Below, piece by piece: positions 50,691 through 60,175 of a DNA stretch of 64,000 nucleotides; position 1 is the first letter of the stretch, and each line of letters begins with the position of its first letter. Both the position numbers and the translations under genes were made by a program. The stretch spans positions 239,058 to 303,057 of IMG/VR virus record IMGVR_UViG_3300027969_000039, one strand, 5' to 3'. A model generated the notes under the pieces. The model worked only from the letters and a program-made list of their open reading frames with translations, did no database searches and was not told the DNA's origin.

Positions 50691-52016
50691 TTAAGTGCTC
50701 ATTTCTTTTAATAATTTATATGTAATTGGACTAACAATCTCTAATGATTGATCTCTCATTTGATCTAATTTATTAGTTATCTCAAAAAAATTAGTAAGTT
50801 CATGTGACAAATCTTCAGAGTTCATAAATTTTACTGCCCTATCTAGCTCCTTACAAAAAAACTTGTAATTAATTTCTTGTGTTTTTGTATTCATAATTCT
50901 TTCTTTATATGTTACCTTGCATTCTTCAAAATAGTTACTTATAAAAAGTTTACTAGTTAATGGAAAAATTTTAATATTATAACGTGCAGGTCCGTGTAAT
51001 AAATGTGAATCAAATTTTGTATCAGGGAAATTTTCAAATTTCCATAACATTAACTCTGGTAGCTGTAACAGGTTAAAAACCATAATGGTAGGAGATATAA
51101 CTGTTCTAAAATTTCCTTTTGCAGTAGTTAATTTAGACAAGTTATTTTCAATCTGTTTCCATTTACTTGGATATCGTATATAATCATTTAATTCTCCGAC
51201 TCCATCAATACTAGGAGCAATTTGAATCAGTTTAAAATGTTCCCATAGCCCCCATGCTTTTTTAGGTATGTTAGTGAGATTAGTCATTACTTCAATATAA
51301 ATTTGATTAGCATAACCCAATGAAATGCATTTTTCTAAAAAGCTATAATGATTGTCTATTAACAATGGCTCTCCGCCTATAATAAAAATATGCTTAAGAT
51401 TAGGTATATGCTTTTCTAAATTTTTCCAAAATAGTTCTTGTTCATGCCAATTATAAATATCTGTCTCTAGTTTTGCTTTTTCAGTTAAGTTTGTTATAAT
51501 TTTTAATTGATTACCCGATTGATCAGTAAAATAATTATTATTAAATAAAGTAACATGGTCATCATACCAAGCACTGGAATCAGTTGGGCCGCACATTCTA
51601 CATTTAAGATTGCATAGATTACCAAATCTTAAATCTGCATATTTAATGGGTACACTAGTTTCATCTATAGAACCATCTTCATTCGTTCTAGTTACTGCAT
51701 CATTTAATGAAAATTCTTTATTCCAATTCTCAATCATCTGTATTCTATTACTTCTATATCCAGTAGATTCTTCTTTCACGCACCTACTACACATTTTTGG
51801 AGACTCGTTAGCTAGTATAGTTTTTCTTACTTCTTTTAGAATTTTGGAATTTCTAAACGTTTCTAATCCATCTTTGGCTATATTAAAGTTTTCACCGTTG
51901 TCTTTTGTTATTGAACCTTTAGTAATAGAGGAATCTGCTTGACAACAAACTCGTAAATCACCGGTACTCCTAGTGCTTACTCCTATCCACGGCAACGGAC
52001 AATATGTATTAGACAT
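50691..52016 (-). CDS. Radical SAM protein with N-terminal twitch/SPASM domain
   Basis: CPLPW..LRVCC, CSRC, DLRFGNLCNLKCRMC, GGEPL. Confidence 0.9.
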   Translation of the reverse strand: MSNTYCPLPWIGVSTRSTGDLRVCCQADSSITKGSITKDNGENFNIAKDGLETFRNSKILKEVRKTILANESPKMCSRCVKEESTGYRSNRIQMIENWNKEFSLNDAVTRTNEDGSIDETSVPIKYADLRFGNLCNLKCRMCGPTDSSAWYDDHVTLFNNNYFTDQSGNQLKIITNLTEKAKLETDIYNWHEQELFWKNLEKHIPNLKHIFIIGGEPLLIDNHYSFLEKCISLGYANQIYIEVMTNLTNIPKKAWGLWEHFKLIQIAPSIDGVGELNDYIRYPSKWKQIENNLSKLTTAKGNFRTVISPTIMVFNLLQLPELMLWKFENFPDTKFDSHLLHGPARYNIKIFPLTSKLFISNYFEECKVTYKERIMNTKTQEINYKFFCKELDRAVKFMNSEDLSHELTNFFEITNKLDQMRDQSLEIVSPITYKLLKEMST

Positions 52017-52935
52017 AATTAGGAGACCATTTCTCAACTAAAGCATCTTGCTTACAATGACATTCATGTTTATATGTGCAAGTTATGGGTTCTGTTGGTA
52101 AAGTATATCCAGAATAAACATTGCCTATTTTTCCACCTACTCTTGGCCAGCATCTAGATATATCACCATTTGGATCAATTACAAAACGGTCTATTCCTGC
52201 ATTGCATTTCCAATCTGTAAAAATGTTTTTTTGATTCACTACTAAACTGTTCCAATTTGCTTGAACTCCGTTTAAAAAAATATTCTTTGGATATAAATCT
52301 AACCATGTTGGAAAACTAATAATAGAAGTTTTTTTAGGATATGATCGAATGTACTCTAATTGACTTTCAGTATATGGATATAACTCATCGCATATTAAAC
52401 TTTTTCTTACGGGTTTAATATCAATTAATATATCTAATTTTTCAAATTCCTTAATAGCAGTTAACCCTTTTTCCCAATAATCAGGCGTTATCAATAATGA
52501 AACCATTGGGAAACATTTATCTTTCATTATTTTAACAACCTGTACCAAATGCTCAGTGTCCACTTCTTTTGAGTGCCATGAAAACAAAAACATTGAATTG
52601 CTAGACTTAAACTGTTCCCAATATCTGAGAGTCCTAGATCCATTGGTGTTTATTTCAATCACAAGATTTTCATGTGAAACGCTATCCATAAATGCTTGTA
52701 ATTGCGGCCATTGTGTGGGTTCCCCACCTATTATCTCTAAACACACATGTGAGTTTTTTTGTCGTACTTTGTTAATAAAGTTAGCTACAGCTATATAATT
52801 TATATTCCATCTTTCAGAACCATCATTACTATTTGGGTGACAATAATCACATGTATAATTACACACATTATGTGGTTTAAACGATATCATTGCTATGTTT
52901 TTTGGACCAGAATTAGTTAAGTGAATAGGTATCAT
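52009..52935 (-). CDS. Radical SAM protein with C-terminal SPASM/twitch region
   Basis: CNYTCDYC, GGEPT, TNGSR, WKCNAG...RC...IGN...C....C.C..D. Confidence 0.9.
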   Translation of the reverse strand: MIPIHLTNSGPKNIAMISFKPHNVCNYTCDYCHPNSNDGSERWNINYIAVANFINKVRQKNSHVCLEIIGGEPTQWPQLQAFMDSVSHENLVIEINTNGSRTLRYWEQFKSSNSMFLFSWHSKEVDTEHLVQVVKIMKDKCFPMVSLLITPDYWEKGLTAIKEFEKLDILIDIKPVRKSLICDELYPYTESQLEYIRSYPKKTSIISFPTWLDLYPKNIFLNGVQANWNSLVVNQKNIFTDWKCNAGIDRFVIDPNGDISRCWPRVGGKIGNVYSGYTLPTEPITCTYKHECHCKQDALVEKWSPNYV

Positions 52936-54320
52936 TTAAATATATCTTTCATTTCTGGAAAAGTGTCATAAAAATTAGTACCGCGATATCTATCAACCTT
53001 CTCGAGGTAGTCTTTAGTTTCTGGTAATCTCACGCTCCAATCATCGCTTTTCATAAAGCTAATCATACCGCGCAGTCTATCAATACCATAAGACGCAACT
53101 TTCCAATCTTCTTTGGTTACTTTACCTTTGTGCCATGATGGAATACCTAACTCCCAATTTTCTTCCCACCACGGTATGAATTCTTCATACTTGCGTTCGC
53201 ACTCATCTTTGAACCATTTAGGCAATATCTTCACGTTCAAAAATGCAGGCCAATAGACAAAGTGATAGTTGATGCCACCCGCACCGAATGGCCACATATT
53301 TATTTTCTTGAAGTTCTGCTCTAACTTCCATTTTACAAAGTCTGGAATGTAATAAATGTTCAATGCGTTGACTGCACATGCAACAGTTATCTCTACATTG
53401 TCGCTAGTCTGTGTATCTAGTATATGAAATACTTCTTCTGTACGACTCCATTTGCTTGGATAACGTATGTAATCGTTCATCTCATGTATACTGTCTACAC
53501 TATAGTGAAAACGAACAATCTTGAAATGTTTCCATAATTCAAATAAATCTTCACGCCATTCTACTCCGTTACTGTTATAGCGTATCTCCATATCTTTAGC
53601 ATATCCTTGACGGATGCATTCTTCTAAGATATCATAGTGTTCTTCAATGATGAGACTCTCGCCACCTGCAAAATACAATTGCTTCATGTTTGGAATCTGT
53701 TCATAGAACTGTTTCCAAAATACTGGATTATTCTTGTGCCAATTATAGCTGCTTCCGTTTGTACTTCCTTTATTATCCCATTGCCATATCTCTTTTACAT
53801 TCTTATTTTCAATGGTAGGATAGATATTTTGCCATTCTTTAATCCAACCTGAACTGTCATGCGGGCTGCACATGATGCAAGCCAACTGACATTTAGTTCC
53901 AAATCTTAAATCAATATATGCTAATTGAGGTGGTACTTCGCCGTCACTTGTTGTCTCAGCTAATAACTTATCTAAGTCAACTCTTTCTTTCCAATACTTA
54001 GTTTCCCACATGCGTTTGCTGTTATGTCCTGCTCGTTCCTCTTCATAACACTTGCGACAGCTTGGTGGTTCTTCACCGTTCAACATCTGCTTACGCACGT
54101 TCCTCATGTAAGTACTATTCCAACTAGAGACAAAATCACTCACGTTCAGATTATTAGGACGACCTTCTTCATCTTTTAATATGCCTACATTACCACCACC
54201 AATTTTGTCATTAGTGATGCCTACACTACTAGCGTTGGCAGTACAGCATACACGCATCTGCCCATCTGGACGAGTGCTGAGATGTACCCAAGGTAAAATA
54301 CAGAATGTTTTAGAAGTCAT
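52932..54320 (-). CDS. Radical SAM protein with N-terminal twitch/SPASM domain
   Basis: CILPW..MRVCC, CRKC, DLRFGTKCQLACIMC, AGGE.L. Confidence 0.9.
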   Translation of the reverse strand: MTSKTFCILPWVHLSTRPDGQMRVCCTANASSVGITNDKIGGGNVGILKDEEGRPNNLNVSDFVSSWNSTYMRNVRKQMLNGEEPPSCRKCYEEERAGHNSKRMWETKYWKERVDLDKLLAETTSDGEVPPQLAYIDLRFGTKCQLACIMCSPHDSSGWIKEWQNIYPTIENKNVKEIWQWDNKGSTNGSSYNWHKNNPVFWKQFYEQIPNMKQLYFAGGESLIIEEHYDILEECIRQGYAKDMEIRYNSNGVEWREDLFELWKHFKIVRFHYSVDSIHEMNDYIRYPSKWSRTEEVFHILDTQTSDNVEITVACAVNALNIYYIPDFVKWKLEQNFKKINMWPFGAGGINYHFVYWPAFLNVKILPKWFKDECERKYEEFIPWWEENWELGIPSWHKGKVTKEDWKVASYGIDRLRGMISFMKSDDWSVRLPETKDYLEKVDRYRGTNFYDTFPEMKDIFK

Positions 54321-55503
54321 TTAATTTTATCAGTTCAGGGATAGTTTCCCAAGTGTTTTCATTTCTAAGTTTATCTATTTGTTTAGTTGTTTTGATGAAT
54401 AAATTTAAGTCTTTGAAATTAGAAGGTTTTGATAATTCTGCTAAAGTTTGTTTAAATTCTGAAATTATATTTGTTGAGTATTTATTGTCATATATATTTG
54501 CAAAAGATATAAGGTTATCGGTAATTGTTTTTTTAAATTCATCTGGAAGTACGCTTACGTTGTAATATGCAGGAGCTTCGATTAAATTAATATAAAAATT
54601 ATTCTTTTTAATTATCTTTGAATCAGTTAGATATGTAATAATATTAGGCAATCTACTAACATTTAATACTCCTACTGTTATTCCAATGCCAAATTTAATA
54701 AAATCAAAATTAGATAATTGTTTTAAATTAGATTCAACACTTTTCCATACTGTTCCGTAACGAACTAATTCAGCACGATCTCCAATCTCATCAATACTTG
54801 CCCATACACTTATCTTTTCAGAATTCCACTTGCGCCAATAATCTAGTATGTCTTTTTTTCCATATGTTAACGTAGAACAGTTTGTATTGTATCGTATACG
54901 TACATCAAATTTTTTATGTTCTACTAACATATCTAATATTTGCCAATGTTCAGGCATCAATAAAGGTTCTCCGCCTGCAAAATATATTTCTTCAACATTA
55001 TCAATTTGACTTTCTAAAAAATTAAAATCAATAGGAGTGTTTAATACTTTGTTTTGTTCAGATAACCATTTTAAATTAATTGCATCTTGTGTCCATGCGC
55101 TACTAAATGCAGGTCCGCAACTACGACATTTAAAATTACATAGATTGCTAAATCTAAAATCCCAATACTTCAAATGCATCGTAGAACAAGTTCCGTCAGA
55201 ATTTGTTATATTAGGTATATTTTTTAAAACATCTAAATAAGATTCATTGCGAGAATAACGATTACTTTTTCCGGTAACATCTTCTTTATCAAAACATGAA
55301 CTACATACAGTTGGACGAATGTTATTCATCATCTCACTTCGTAATTTCTTCATATTATCACTGTTCCATATTTCATTGATAGGTTGTGTATTAAGATCAC
55401 CGGCATGGTAATGCGGTTTAATCAAACAACACGGAACTACTTTACCATTTGGTTGAAAGTTTAAATGCACCCACGGAACAACACACAATGTTTTAGAAGT
55501 CAT
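54310..55503 (-). CDS. Radical SAM protein with N-terminal twitch/SPASM domain
   Basis: CVVPW..VPCC, CSSC, DFRFSNLCNFKCRSC, AGGEPL. Confidence 0.9.
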   Translation of the reverse strand: MTSKTLCVVPWVHLNFQPNGKVVPCCLIKPHYHAGDLNTQPINEIWNSDNMKKLRSEMMNNIRPTVCSSCFDKEDVTGKSNRYSRNESYLDVLKNIPNITNSDGTCSTMHLKYWDFRFSNLCNFKCRSCGPAFSSAWTQDAINLKWLSEQNKVLNTPIDFNFLESQIDNVEEIYFAGGEPLLMPEHWQILDMLVEHKKFDVRIRYNTNCSTLTYGKKDILDYWRKWNSEKISVWASIDEIGDRAELVRYGTVWKSVESNLKQLSNFDFIKFGIGITVGVLNVSRLPNIITYLTDSKIIKKNNFYINLIEAPAYYNVSVLPDEFKKTITDNLISFANIYDNKYSTNIISEFKQTLAELSKPSNFKDLNLFIKTTKQIDKLRNENTWETIPELIKLNDF

Positions 55504-55828
55504 TTTTTATTTCTTTAAATGAAATGTTTATACTATCATCTCTTACATCAGACTTATCTATGTTGTCATTTATTTTGTCACTACAAAATTTAGAACAAAC
55601 TGATTTTTCATTTTTCCAACTTTCTTCTATTTTTTTCATAGCTTGACTATTTTTCATTTCAGCTAAAGAATATTTTTTACCATCTAGCTGTTCATATAAA
55701 GGTCCTAAAAATTCTGTCACTTTATTAATATATGGTTCATTTGCTATCCAGCAACATGGAAAATAGAAGCCATGAGCAGAAATATAGTCTGATGTTAATC
55801 CTTTTTTACATCTAGGATAAATTAACAT
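55493..55828 (-). CDS. Stand-alone SPASM/twitch Fe-S domain
   Basis: PRC...ISAHG.YFPCCW...IEESW....VCSKFC; GAGG RBS. Confidence 0.7.
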   Translation of the reverse strand: MLIYPRCKKGLTSDYISAHGFYFPCCWIANEPYINKVTEFLGPLYEQLDGKKYSLAEMKNSQAMKKIEESWKNEKSVCSKFCSDKINDNIDKSDVRDDSINISFKEIKNDF

Positions 55829-56456
55829 AGCGCCTCTGTACTTCTTGCCAATCTATCGTTGGTGTTAATGGATCTTCACTTTCATATCTTACACTTTTTA
55901 CAATGCTAAATTCATGGAATCCTAATTTTCTTGCTAAGTATATACCTTCGTCAATATTGTATTGATTATACTTAAATAAAATCCATTTCCAAATTATTTT
56001 AATATTAGGATTATATTCTACTAAAGTCTTAATACCGTTTTCAATAGTTTCCCACTTGCTATTAACTCTATATAAATGATTGTTGTTTGGTAATCCATCT
56101 ATTGAAAATACAATGTTGTCACGATGGTCAAGTATGCTTGCTGTTTCTTTCCACCAATCGATACTTCTAAATGCACCATTAGTATGCATACCTATACTCA
56201 TGTGGGGATGTGCTGTTCGTATACTAGATATTAATTCGTGAAATTTAGGGTGATATATAGGATCACCGTGATTGCCACACATGACAAACTTCTTTTTTCC
56301 CTCAGCTAATTTTACGGTAGTGTCAATATCACAATCTTCTAATTTAATATTATCAATTGACAATGTTCGCGGGCAATGCGGACATGCTAACGTACACCTA
56401 CTAGTAGGTTCTATGTGTAGTACTCTGTCATCTATCCAAATATCTTCATTATTCAT
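55812..56456 (-). CDS. Radical SAM core domain (lacks auxiliary domain)
   Basis: HIEPTSRCTLACPHCPR, CGNHGDPI, HTNG, FSIDG, YR. Confidence 0.88.
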   Translation of the reverse strand: MNNEDIWIDDRVLHIEPTSRCTLACPHCPRTLSIDNIKLEDCDIDTTVKLAEGKKKFVMCGNHGDPIYHPKFHELISSIRTAHPHMSIGMHTNGAFRSIDWWKETASILDHRDNIVFSIDGLPNNNHLYRVNSKWETIENGIKTLVEYNPNIKIIWKWILFKYNQYNIDEGIYLARKLGFHEFSIVKSVRYESEDPLTPTIDWQEVQRRYVNLS

Positions 56457-56461
56457 GCTAT

Positions 56462-57730
56462 TTAAATAACAAATTCATCTAACCATGGAAATAAAGGTTT
56501 CCAATTTAAATTTCTTCTTCTATCTATATCATCTAGTTGAATTTTTAGTTCTTTTACTAATTCAGGGCAATAAGGTTGATTATTAATAGTATCACGATAT
56601 CCACTAAGTTTTTCTTTGAGATATTCAGATGGTGCAACTGCAATCATCCTGTCAAAATCTTCATCAAAAAACCCATTAGGAAATATATCGGCTCGCAAAT
56701 AAGTCATATAGTCAGCAAAACTAAAAGAAATTTCAATTAGCGAAAGATCATTTGTTGTTCTGATATTGTTATAATAATTAATTTTTTCAATTAATTCTGG
56801 ATATGTTTTTATAGTTAAGTTGCACATAGTAGAATGTACTACTAATTTTATTTTAGGGTATTCTGCTATTAACGTTTTAAAATTTTCTTCCCATTGAATT
56901 AAATCTAAACCATGTCTAACATATTCTTCTTGTGGTCCCCATGCATCAATGCTACAAAATATTCTAAAAGATTTTATATGATTTTTAGTAACTAAATTTT
57001 CTACTTTATCTAATATTTTTCTAAATTTAGTATTTGATACTTTTAAATTTGAAAAAATACTAAAAATTAATTCAGGGCATGGATTTGTTTCAAAAAATTC
57101 TATATTTTGTTCAAACTCAGGTTGAAAAAATGGCTCACCACCTAACAAATTATATTCTCTTATAGACAATGCATTTTTTTCCAACCAAGCCCAATATTTT
57201 TTTACTAATATGGGATAGTCTTTTTTTCTGTCAATATGTTTATCTAACTCTTTTTGTGATTTTAAATTAAATTTAATATCTTCATTTTCCCATACCGTGC
57301 TATATTCTGAATTGCAATAAAGGCAAGCCATGTTACATAAATTATTGAAATATACTTCAACAATAGTTGGCGATACTTTAATAGCTTTATTATTATTTAA
57401 CAATTCAACAGCAGGTTTTACATAGTGTTTGCTAGTAGGATGCACGTTTAAATTTACACTCATCCTATCACTAATGCCACCACTCTTTTCAATTTTTTCG
57501 CAATATTCACATCCTTTGCCGGGCCAACGGCCATCTAACATATCTTTCCTGGTACTTAATTTTAAAGGAGTATTGTGAAAATCTTCAATGTTTTCAACTG
57601 TTATTTCATCGGGGTTTACTCTATGACAACTGTTTGTTTTTTTAGCATATATATTTATTGAACTCCATGAAAATTTCCACACACAAGCCGGTTCCGGCAT
57701 TCCATATATATCTTTAAAATTATTTTTCAT
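56462..57730 (-). CDS. Radical SAM protein with N-terminal twitch domain
   Basis: C.WK..WS...SCHRV, CEYC, EVYFNNLCNMACLYC, GGEPF; ATGA overlap places the start at 57730. Confidence 0.9.
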   Translation of the reverse strand: MKNNFKDIYGMPEPACVWKFSWSSINIYAKKTNSCHRVNPDEITVENIEDFHNTPLKLSTRKDMLDGRWPGKGCEYCEKIEKSGGISDRMSVNLNVHPTSKHYVKPAVELLNNNKAIKVSPTIVEVYFNNLCNMACLYCNSEYSTVWENEDIKFNLKSQKELDKHIDRKKDYPILVKKYWAWLEKNALSIREYNLLGGEPFFQPEFEQNIEFFETNPCPELIFSIFSNLKVSNTKFRKILDKVENLVTKNHIKSFRIFCSIDAWGPQEEYVRHGLDLIQWEENFKTLIAEYPKIKLVVHSTMCNLTIKTYPELIEKINYYNNIRTTNDLSLIEISFSFADYMTYLRADIFPNGFFDEDFDRMIAVAPSEYLKEKLSGYRDTINNQPYCPELVKELKIQLDDIDRRRNLNWKPLFPWLDEFVI

Positions 57731-58395
57731 ATGAGTCTTCCAAATCCCCATTTTCTTTCATGGCACCACCAGCAAGTTTCACAATGTGGTGTTGACCAAT
57801 CATAAGTCTTAGCTTCGCAACTTTTAGTGATTGGAAATAATGTATCCATCAAGTTAAAATGATTATATAATTCTGCTATTCCTTTTTTATCTAAATTAGC
57901 AAAAGGTCTATAACATCTAGGTCCCGGCATAACTGATTTTATTTCTTCTGTGCGGTCTCTCCTAAAATCTCTCTCGTCTATCACAGCTTCATTAAATGAA
58001 TTGCACACTTCAGGTGGTGGATTGCAATTAATACCAGTGACATGGCAATCAATAATTTCATTTTTATACGCTCCTTCAGTCAGTATATCTTGTGCATCTT
58101 GTAATTCGGGTCCTTCCATTACAGGATCACAATGTAAATGTTCACTAAATTTGATATCAAATTCTTTCTCACAAAATTCTATTACTCTTTTACTAAAAAT
58201 AAATTGATAAGGTTTTAAAATATTGACCGCAGTTATAGGATGTATACTGATTTCTGGTCTTTCAGTTACTTTATACTTCGATAGTATATAGCAGATCATG
58301 GCGCTATCTGCGCCGCCTGAGATTTTAATTCCCACTTTATTGAATTGTGGATCTATAGTAAAATCTATATCCTGTTGAGAATTTTTGATAAACAT
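57727..58395 (-). CDS. QueC-like PP-loop protein (second copy)
   Basis: SGGADS, NPP, RPF.NLDK, TKSC...HC..CWWC.ER.WGF. Confidence 0.75.
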   Translation of the reverse strand: MFIKNSQQDIDFTIDPQFNKVGIKISGGADSAMICYILSKYKVTERPEISIHPITAVNILKPYQFIFSKRVIEFCEKEFDIKFSEHLHCDPVMEGPELQDAQDILTEGAYKNEIIDCHVTGINCNPPPEVCNSFNEAVIDERDFRRDRTEEIKSVMPGPRCYRPFANLDKKGIAELYNHFNLMDTLFPITKSCEAKTYDWSTPHCETCWWCHERKWGFGRLI

Positions 58396-58397
58396 GA

Positions 58398-59483
58398 TTA
58401 CTTAAATTGTTCTGTGAATACATCAAACTCTGTGCCGCATTTTTGTGAACACACTTCTAATTTCCCTGCTGCTACACTAGATAATTTCCAACTTGATTCT
58501 ATTTTTGAAAATAATTTACTATTGTCAATAACATCACTCAAATCGTTGTTGATAACATCGATGCCTTTTTTACCGCCTGTATTATCAATTATGTGCCAAA
58601 TTTGTTCTATTCTGTAATCTTCATGCCACCATTTATACATTCTACCTGCTGTCCAGCAGCAAGGCATAAGCAGTCCTTCGGCAGTGATAAAAATATTACC
58701 TTCTTTAACAACCTTACAATCTATTTTACAACTGTCATAGTATTTAGTCATGCTCCCGTGTTGAGCAATTAATTCTTGTTCTTTGGATAAAACACGATTT
58801 TGAAATTCTTCTTTAGGTTTTTTAAGCAATATAGTTTCCGTGCCTTTCCGATTTTGTGCTTGATGTTCTTCTTTTCCTTGATTTCTTGCAGTGCTAAAAA
58901 ATCTAGCAGTTTTCTTTTTAGTAAATTTTTCACATCCCCACTCATTTGCTAACTTTTCGGCTTCTTCCACTTGATGTTGATTGTGTTCAAATATGATATA
59001 ATCCCATCTTGCTCTGCCACCTGCATTGATAAAACTACGCATACTGTTTTCTACTATACTCCATTTAACATTTTGGCGATATAGATGATTAGTATCTACT
59101 AACCCATCCACAGAGAATATTACAGCACCTTTGTTGTTGTATATCTTGGCTAATTCTGTCCACCAATCAGTATCTCTAGCCCCTGCGTTAGTATTCATAC
59201 TGAGCCACATGTTTGCATTATGTTCTCTAAAATATCGAAATACTTCTAGTGTATCTCTAGCAACTATTGGATCACCTAAATTACCGCACATGTACATTGT
59301 GTCTAGCTGACTAATAAATTTTGTGGAGAATATCTTTTTGCAATCATCTAAAGATAGTTCAGCATTGGTGATGTGTTTATTATCTTTGCCACCGTTCTCG
59401 TTGCGGTCACACATTGGACATGCTGCTTGACATAACTGTGTTATCTCTAAATGAACTTTCTTTATATCTTTTGATTTATACAT
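58398..59483 (-). CDS. Radical SAM protein with C-terminal twitch domain
   Basis: HLEITQLCQAACPMC, CGNLGDP, FSVDG, C...FITAEG..PCCW...C...C. Confidence 0.9.
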   Translation of the reverse strand: MYKSKDIKKVHLEITQLCQAACPMCDRNENGGKDNKHITNAELSLDDCKKIFSTKFISQLDTMYMCGNLGDPIVARDTLEVFRYFREHNANMWLSMNTNAGARDTDWWTELAKIYNNKGAVIFSVDGLVDTNHLYRQNVKWSIVENSMRSFINAGGRARWDYIIFEHNQHQVEEAEKLANEWGCEKFTKKKTARFFSTARNQGKEEHQAQNRKGTETILLKKPKEEFQNRVLSKEQELIAQHGSMTKYYDSCKIDCKVVKEGNIFITAEGLLMPCCWTAGRMYKWWHEDYRIEQIWHIIDNTGGKKGIDVINNDLSDVIDNSKLFSKIESSWKLSSVAAGKLEVCSQKCGTEFDVFTEQFK

Positions 59484-60175
59484 TATTTTATGCCGATACG
59501 CATATATCGTGTGTACTTATCAAGCGCCAATTCACCTTCATATAGCATAGTAGACATTGGAGATTGTATTCTAAATTCTTCTAAGCTATTAGAACAATTT
59601 ATATGATCTTCAATCTCAACGTAGTTATTGGTTTGAAGTATAACTATCTTATTATTAGGTATGTTATTGTACCAAACATCAAAATTATGTATATGTTCAC
59701 AGCTAGTATTGATGATGGTGTTTGCAGAATCAGTTAATTCTAATTTACTTCTATCATATCTATGAGTTTCATATTTAAAATTTTCATAAATTAGATTATG
59801 TATATCTACTGTAGCTGCTTTAAATTGCCAATTATTTTTTACTTTTTCTCTGTTTATAGTTTCTGCTACTCGTTCACACAACGGATCAATGTCAAAGCTA
59901 CGAATTTTATCTATTATGCAACTACTCTCAAATAACATTGGTGCTAATGTAGCATACCAACCAGCACATAAAAATATGATACCTAAATCTAAGTTTAATT
60001 TTTCTAATTCAGATACTAACCATCGTTTACTTTTTAGTTGTCCCCAGCTTAACGCATCAGACAAGTCAGCACCCTCATTATCAACTGCATTGCATAATTG
60101 ACTAAACAATTTGTTTTGAGTTAAAACAAACATTCTTCCAAACGTATCTTTATCATCTGTCCAATTAATTGTCAT
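59483..60175 (-). CDS. SAM-dependent methyltransferase-like protein
   Basis: GQLKSK.WL, LCAGWYA, SFDIDP, INTSCEH, RYMRIG. Confidence 0.6.
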   Translation of the reverse strand: MTINWTDDKDTFGRMFVLTQNKLFSQLCNAVDNEGADLSDALSWGQLKSKRWLVSELEKLNLDLGIIFLCAGWYATLAPMLFESSCIIDKIRSFDIDPLCERVAETINREKVKNNWQFKAATVDIHNLIYENFKYETHRYDRSKLELTDSANTIINTSCEHIHNFDVWYNNIPNNKIVILQTNNYVEIEDHINCSNSLEEFRIQSPMSTMLYEGELALDKYTRYMRIGIK

